32,000 nt of DNA from Pasteurella multocida (GTDB taxonomy: Bacteria; Pseudomonadota; Gammaproteobacteria; Enterobacterales; Pasteurellaceae). The stretch spans positions 810,001-842,000 of the forward strand of contig NZ_LT906458.1 of the NCBI RefSeq assembly GCF_900187275.1, in the 5' to 3' direction. Position 1 is the stretch's first letter. Each line of letters opens with the position of its first letter. The notes below the pieces were generated by a model, which worked only from the letters and a program-made list of their open reading frames with translations, made no database searches and was not told the origin of the DNA. The position numbers and the translations under genes were made by a program. Below are positions 27,691 through 32,000 of the stretch, in pieces.

Positions 27691-27810
27691 ACTATCATTT
27701 AATTACAGGGAGATTTTAAGAAATGTACATTTATTATTCAATTTTTAAAATGCGATTTTGTGATCTCTCACACATTTATTTAACAAAATAATAACATTCT
27801 AAAAAATAGA

Positions 27811-27833
27811 AAAGACCGCACAATACGGTCTTT
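27811..27833 (-). terminator. truB terminator (degenerate USS hairpin)
   Basis: On the minus strand the hairpin is aaagaccg/tattgtg/cggtcttt, followed by tctatttttt. Confidence 0.65.
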
Positions 27834-27869
27834 CGTCAAGGATGAACAAACAATAATTCAAGATGTGTA

Positions 27870-28784
27870 TTATGTGATTAAACGTTGCGGACGAATGACA
27901 TTATGTTCATCGACTAAGGCAACACCTAAAAATTGTTGTGTGTCAGAAAATAAACGCACTTGTCCAGTAAGCTGAGTTGGATTGTCAAACTTGACACGTT
28001 GACCAAAACTAATGGCTTTACTTTGTTCCTGATTTAAATGCAATGCAGGTAATGCGGAGACCGCACTGTCTGTCGGTAATAAGTGCTGATCTAATAATGC
28101 GAGGTCTTGTTGTGCAGCTAAAACTTGTAAAGTGTCCCAGTCCATCATCGCCTCCACAGGATAATTGGCAACAGCGGTTCGACGTAACACCGTTACATGT
28201 GCACCACAGCCCAAATATTCGCCTAAATCATCCACTAAAGTGCGTATATAAGTGCCTTTTGAACAATGTACTTCTAGCGTTAAATAAGGGGCATCGTACG
28301 CAATAAATTGCAAGTCAAAAATCGTGATCGGGCGAGCTTCTCGTTCCACTGTTATGCCGGCACGTGCATACTCATATAAAGGCTTACCTTGATGTTTTAA
28401 CGCAGAAAACATCGTGGGAACTTGCATTAAATCGCCACGAAAATGTGGTAGTGCAGCCAAAATGTCCTGCACATCTACCTGCACATCTCGTGTTTCAACG
28501 ACTTGCCCTTCCGCATCGGACGTATCGGTTCTTTCCCCAAGTTTCGCGGTCACTTGATAACGTTTATCCGCATCCAACAAAAATTGTGAAAACTTCGTGG
28601 CTTCACCTAAGCAAACTGGCAACATCCCCGTTGCCAAAGGATCTAATGCACCTGTGTGTCCTGCTTTGTTAGCTTGAAACACACGTTTGACCTTTTGCAT
28701 AATATCATTGGAGCTCATCCCTTGAGGCTTATCTAGCAAAAAAACGCCGTCAATATCACGTCCACGTTTGCGCGGCTTCGCCAT
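27870..28784 (-). CDS. truB: tRNA pseudouridine(55) synthase TruB, 304 aa
   Basis: The protein has the catalytic motif [12 protein letters not shown] and a C-terminal PUA-like region. Its start overlaps the rbfA stop (TAATG). Confidence 0.96.
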   Translation of the reverse strand: MAKPRKRGRDIDGVFLLDKPQGMSSNDIMQKVKRVFQANKAGHTGALDPLATGMLPVCLGEATKFSQFLLDADKRYQVTAKLGERTDTSDAEGQVVETRDVQVDVQDILAALPHFRGDLMQVPTMFSALKHQGKPLYEYARAGITVEREARPITIFDLQFIAYDAPYLTLEVHCSKGTYIRTLVDDLGEYLGCGAHVTVLRRTAVANYPVEAMMDWDTLQVLAAQQDLALLDQHLLPTDSAVSALPALHLNQEQSKAISFGQRVKFDNPTQLTGQVRLFSDTQQFLGVALVDEHNVIRPQRLIT

Positions 28785-29182
28785 TACTTTTCCTCTGAAA
28801 CATCGTCATCAATATGACGCGCATTATCTTCGCGAATCACATTGCTGACTAAATTAGACATTCGCATCCCTTCAATCAAAGAGCGGTCATAAATAAAGCG
28901 AATTTCAGGCACAATACGCAAACGCATTGCTTTCCCTAACAAACTACGAATATAAGGAGAGGCTTTTTCTAGACCTTTCATCCCCGCATCAATTGCAGAT
29001 TCGTCGTTATCAAACAAGAATGTCACAAAGACTTTGGCATAAGCAAGATCACTCGATACTTCAACATCGGAGACCGTTACCATACCAATACGAGGATCTT
29101 TGACTTCACGTTGTAAAATCACCGCAATTTCTTTTTGAATTTCTTGTGCTACGCGATCACTACGTTTAAATTCTCTTGCCAT
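28784..29182 (-). CDS. rbfA: Ribosome-binding factor A, 132 aa
   Basis: [31 protein letters not shown] is canonical RbfA. I placed the start at ATG 29182. The ORF-track 32-aa N-terminal extension is unsupported. Confidence 0.95.
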   Translation of the reverse strand: MAREFKRSDRVAQEIQKEIAVILQREVKDPRIGMVTVSDVEVSSDLAYAKVFVTFLFDNDESAIDAGMKGLEKASPYIRSLLGKAMRLRIVPEIRFIYDRSLIEGMRMSNLVSNVIREDNARHIDDDVSEEK

Positions 29183-29397
29183 TTGCTTTTCCTTTCCTTT
29201 TTCATTAAGGCGTGTATTTTGGCATAAATACTCGGTTTTTAACACAGATAACTGAATAATCCACACAATTTTATTCAATTTTTTGCTCTACTCTTTTAGA
29301 GTTTTCTTGTCTAGCTGATCTCATCCTATGTGATATTGCCTATGCAGATAAAAATCGGTATGGTATGGGTGATTTTACCAACACATCAGGAGGTATT

Positions 29398-30168
29398 ATG
29401 CATTTCATCAATCGTTATTGCGTGGTTTTCTTATCAAGTTTACTGTTGATAGGTTGTCAAGACAGTTTAACTGGTGCGTTATATGATAGAGGAGAATCAC
29501 CAGAAATCGTCCGCTATCATGTCGAGAAAGATCAAATTTACTTTTTTGGTTTAACACCCGATAAAAAAATTGCAGTATTAGGTGAAAAATACCATTATCT
29601 GCTGAAAGAGAAAAAGCCTAACGATCAATATCTGATTGAGAAAATCGTGAAATTACCTTTCAAGCAACATCTTTATTCTCAAATGGCAATCATCAATAGC
29701 AGTAAACAAAAACCAGATGAAATCAGCACTTCACTTTATTTAGCTTTAGATCTTCGTCAGCTAAGCCAAAAACAACGACAGACCGCCAGTATGTTAGGGT
29801 TTAAAAATCTTTCCTATAAGTCGGGTTTCTATGACATGATTAAGCAATATCAACCTAAAATTGATTTAGAAAAATTAAATCGAGAAAAGCAAATTTGGTA
29901 TCGTGAAATTGATCTAGTTGGTCATCGTTATTTGCCAAAAGCGGGAGCAAACTATGTCGTGAAAAATCAGTATCCATTTTCTGAAATGGTAGAAATACAT
30001 ACGGATATTGAATATCTCCCCGCTCGCCAAAATGCAAACGCGGGTACCCTATTGCTCACCCCTTTTGCTGCGATTGCCGATGTCGCAACAGGTATTTTAG
30101 CCGTGCCTGCTTATATCGGTTTACAAGCAGTTTGTCTTGGTCAAAGCGATGGCTTTATTTGTAAATAG
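29398..30168 (+). CDS. Predicted lipoprotein of unknown function with a C-terminal hydrophobic segment, 256 aa
   Basis: I placed the start at ATG 29398 (RBS caggaggt). The lipobox is LLIGC followed by Q at +2. A C-terminal ~30-aa hydrophobic stretch is present ([30 protein letters not shown]). I recognise no family. Confidence 0.65.
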   Translation: MHFINRYCVVFLSSLLLIGCQDSLTGALYDRGESPEIVRYHVEKDQIYFFGLTPDKKIAVLGEKYHYLLKEKKPNDQYLIEKIVKLPFKQHLYSQMAIINSSKQKPDEISTSLYLALDLRQLSQKQRQTASMLGFKNLSYKSGFYDMIKQYQPKIDLEKLNREKQIWYREIDLVGHRYLPKAGANYVVKNQYPFSEMVEIHTDIEYLPARQNANAGTLLLTPFAAIADVATGILAVPAYIGLQAVCLGQSDGFICK

Positions 30169-30212
30169 AGTGAAACATCTTACTTTCCCACGGGCTTCTA
30201 TGCTTTGCACAA

Positions 30213-30221
30213 AAGTGCGGT
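30213..30221 (+). repeat. Hin-type uptake signal sequence core
   Basis: AAGTGCGGT between the lipoprotein gene and infB. Confidence 0.9.
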
Positions 30222-30271
30222 GGTATTTAAAAAAGTTTTGCGAGCAATATTTGCTATTCCACCATACAAAA

Positions 30272-30298
30272 AAGCGGAGAACTTAACGCTCTCCGCTT
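30272..30298 (-). terminator. Intrinsic terminator directly after infB
   Basis: On the minus strand the hairpin is aagcggaga/gcgttaagt/tctccgctt, followed by ttttgtatgg, which gives 6 consecutive T including the stem end. It begins 21 nt after the infB stop. Confidence 0.75.
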
Positions 30299-30318
30299 GT
30301 GACATTCGTAATCAATAA

Positions 30319-32000
30319 TTAGATCGTACGTTTAATCTCAACCACTTCGAACACCTCGATTTGGTCGCCGACTTTCACATCATTGTAGTTCTTCACACCA
30401 ATACCACATTCCATACCGTTACGTACTTCTGCTACGTCATCTTTAAAGCGACGTAATGACTCAAGTTCGCCCTCAAAAATGACCACGTTATCACGTAAGA
30501 CACGGATTGGGTTGTTACGTTTGACAATACCTTCTGTCACCATACAACCTGCGATTGCGCCAAATTTCGGATGACGGAAAACATCACGCACTTCAGCCAA
30601 ACCGATAATTTCTTGTTTAAATTCAGGTTGTAGCATACCGCTCATCGCTGCTTTGATTTCGTTTAATAGCTCATAAATAATTGAGTAGTAACGTAAGTCA
30701 ATGCTTTCTGATTCGATAATACGGCGCGCTGAGGCATCGGCACGTACGTTAAAGCCAAGTACGATCGCATTCGAGGCTGCCGCTAAAGTCGCATCCGTTT
30801 CCGTGATACCACCGACACCGGAACCCACCACTTTTACCTTCACTTCGGCAGTAGAAAGTTCGTTCAATGACTGACAGATCGCTTCCACCGATCCTTGTAC
30901 GTCTGCTTTCACAATCACGTTCAACTCAGCCACATCCCCTTCTGCCATATTAGTAAACATATTTTCCAATTTGGCTTTTTGTTGACGTGCTAATTTCACT
31001 TCACGGAATTTACCTTGACGATATAACGCCACTTCACGTGCTTTTTTCTCATCACGTACAACCGTTGCTTCATCACCTGCAGCAGGTACTCCTGAAAGCC
31101 CCAATACCTCAACAGGAATTGAAGGACCTGCACTTGCTACATCTTTCCCGTTTTCGTTACGCATTGCACGCACACGACCATATTCAAAACCACAAAGTAC
31201 GATATCACCACGGTGTAAAGTACCGGTTTGCACAAGAATTGTTGCAACTGGACCACGACCTTTATCAAGATAAGATTCAATCACCACACCTGTCGCCATA
31301 CCGTCTTTCACGGCAGTTAATTCAAGAACTTCCGATTGTAATAAGATCGCTTCAAGCAACTCATCAACACCAGTCCCTTTCTTCGCCGAAACATATACAA
31401 ACTGAGTGTCACCACCGAATTTTTCTGCGACGACTTCATGTTGTAACAATTCGGTCTCAACACGCTCTGGGTTCGCTTCTGGTTTATCAATTTTATTGAC
31501 TGCAACCACAATCGGTACACCTGCAGCTTTCGCATGTTGGATCGCCTCAATGGTTTGTGGCATCACACCATCATCTGCCGCGACCACAAGTACCACGATA
31601 TCCGTTGCTTTCGCACCACGCGCACGCATCGAAGTAAATGCTGCGTGTCCTGGTGTATCTAAGAAAGTGATCATTTTGCCATCAGTTTCTACATGGTATG
31701 CACCGATGTGCTGGGTGATCCCACCCGCTTCACCAGAGGCAACCTTAGCTTTACGAATGTAGTCAAGTAGTGAGGTTTTACCGTGGTCAACGTGACCCAT
31801 GATGGTCACCACTGGTGCGCGCGTGACTAATTCCGCATCCACATCGCGATCGCTCATCACCGATTCTTCCAACTCATTCTCTTTACGAATGATCACTTTA
31901 TGCCCCATTTCTTCTGCCACAAGCTGTGCGGTTTCTTGGTCAATCACTTGGTTAATAGTGGCCATTGCGCCCATTTTCATCATCGTTTTGATGACTTCTG
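30319..32000 (-). CDS. infB: Translation initiation factor IF-2, C-terminal ~560 aa. The 5' end lies off the window.
   Basis: The G-domain motifs [17 protein letters not shown] and NKID are present, along with the C-terminal domains. The reading frame stays open to the window edge, so the Met at 31983 is not the start. Confidence 0.96.
   Translation of the reverse strand, partial: EVIKTMMKMGAMATINQVIDQETAQLVAEEMGHKVIIRKENELEESVMSDRDVDAELVTRAPVVTIMGHVDHGKTSLLDYIRKAKVASGEAGGITQHIGAYHVETDGKMITFLDTPGHAAFTSMRARGAKATDIVVLVVAADDGVMPQTIEAIQHAKAAGVPIVVAVNKIDKPEANPERVETELLQHEVVAEKFGGDTQFVYVSAKKGTGVDELLEAILLQSEVLELTAVKDGMATGVVIESYLDKGRGPVATILVQTGTLHRGDIVLCGFEYGRVRAMRNENGKDVASAGPSIPVEVLGLSGVPAAGDEATVVRDEKKAREVALYRQGKFREVKLARQQKAKLENMFTNMAEGDVAELNVIVKADVQGSVEAICQSLNELSTAEVKVKVVGSGVGGITETDATLAAASNAIVLGFNVRADASARRIIESESIDLRYYSIIYELLNEIKAAMSGMLQPEFKQEIIGLAEVRDVFRHPKFGAIAGCMVTEGIVKRNNPIRVLRDNVVIFEGELESLRRFKDDVAEVRNGMECGIGVKNYNDVKVGDQIEVFEVVEIKRTI

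Noticed and set aside
29357-30268. Possible flanking repeats (ggtatggtatgg versus ccaccataca) that would mark the lipoprotein gene as a mobile insertion
   Set aside because: Only about 7 nt are shared, in inverted orientation, which is within chance expectation. No transposase, integrase, tRNA or att-like site is nearby.
1-32000. CRISPR arrays, tRNA/rRNA genes, IS elements, prophage genes, toxin-antitoxin pairs and known defence-system signatures
   Set aside because: Visual scanning and the six-frame ORF track showed none. There are no regularly spaced repeats, no transposase-, integrase- or nuclease-like ORFs, and no tRNA-like T-arm motifs.

Overview
This window looks like Pasteurellaceae chromosome. 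I found 15 perfect Hin-type uptake signal cores (AAGTGCGGT/ACCGCACTT) by eye, several paired as terminators. The backbone is housekeeping: dnaK(3' part), dnaJ, modABC, modE, yfbR-degS-ribD-nrdR, pntAB, sfsA, tyrS, truB-rbfA and infB(3' part). Accessory DNA interrupts normally contiguous operons. A 3-gene block (GyrI-like, metY-like, membrane protein) sits between dnaK and dnaJ, and an opposite-strand lipoprotein gene sits between infB and rbfA. There are three TonB-dependent receptor (TBDR) loci. One is an intact Fur-boxed heme-type receptor. One is a ZnuD-like His-rich receptor between modA and modE, killed by a single in-frame TAA and flanked by a 24-bp direct repeat. One is an oversized (~1125 aa) Fur-boxed receptor broken by a 1-nt loss in an A-tract. 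The most interesting non-coding signal is a compact Fur-box/promoter/terminator unit downstream of sfsA, which predicts a ~70-nt iron-regulated sRNA. I saw no CRISPR array, tRNA/rRNA gene, transposase, integrase or recognisable defence system. Homology calls rest on motif recognition and memory, not on searches.
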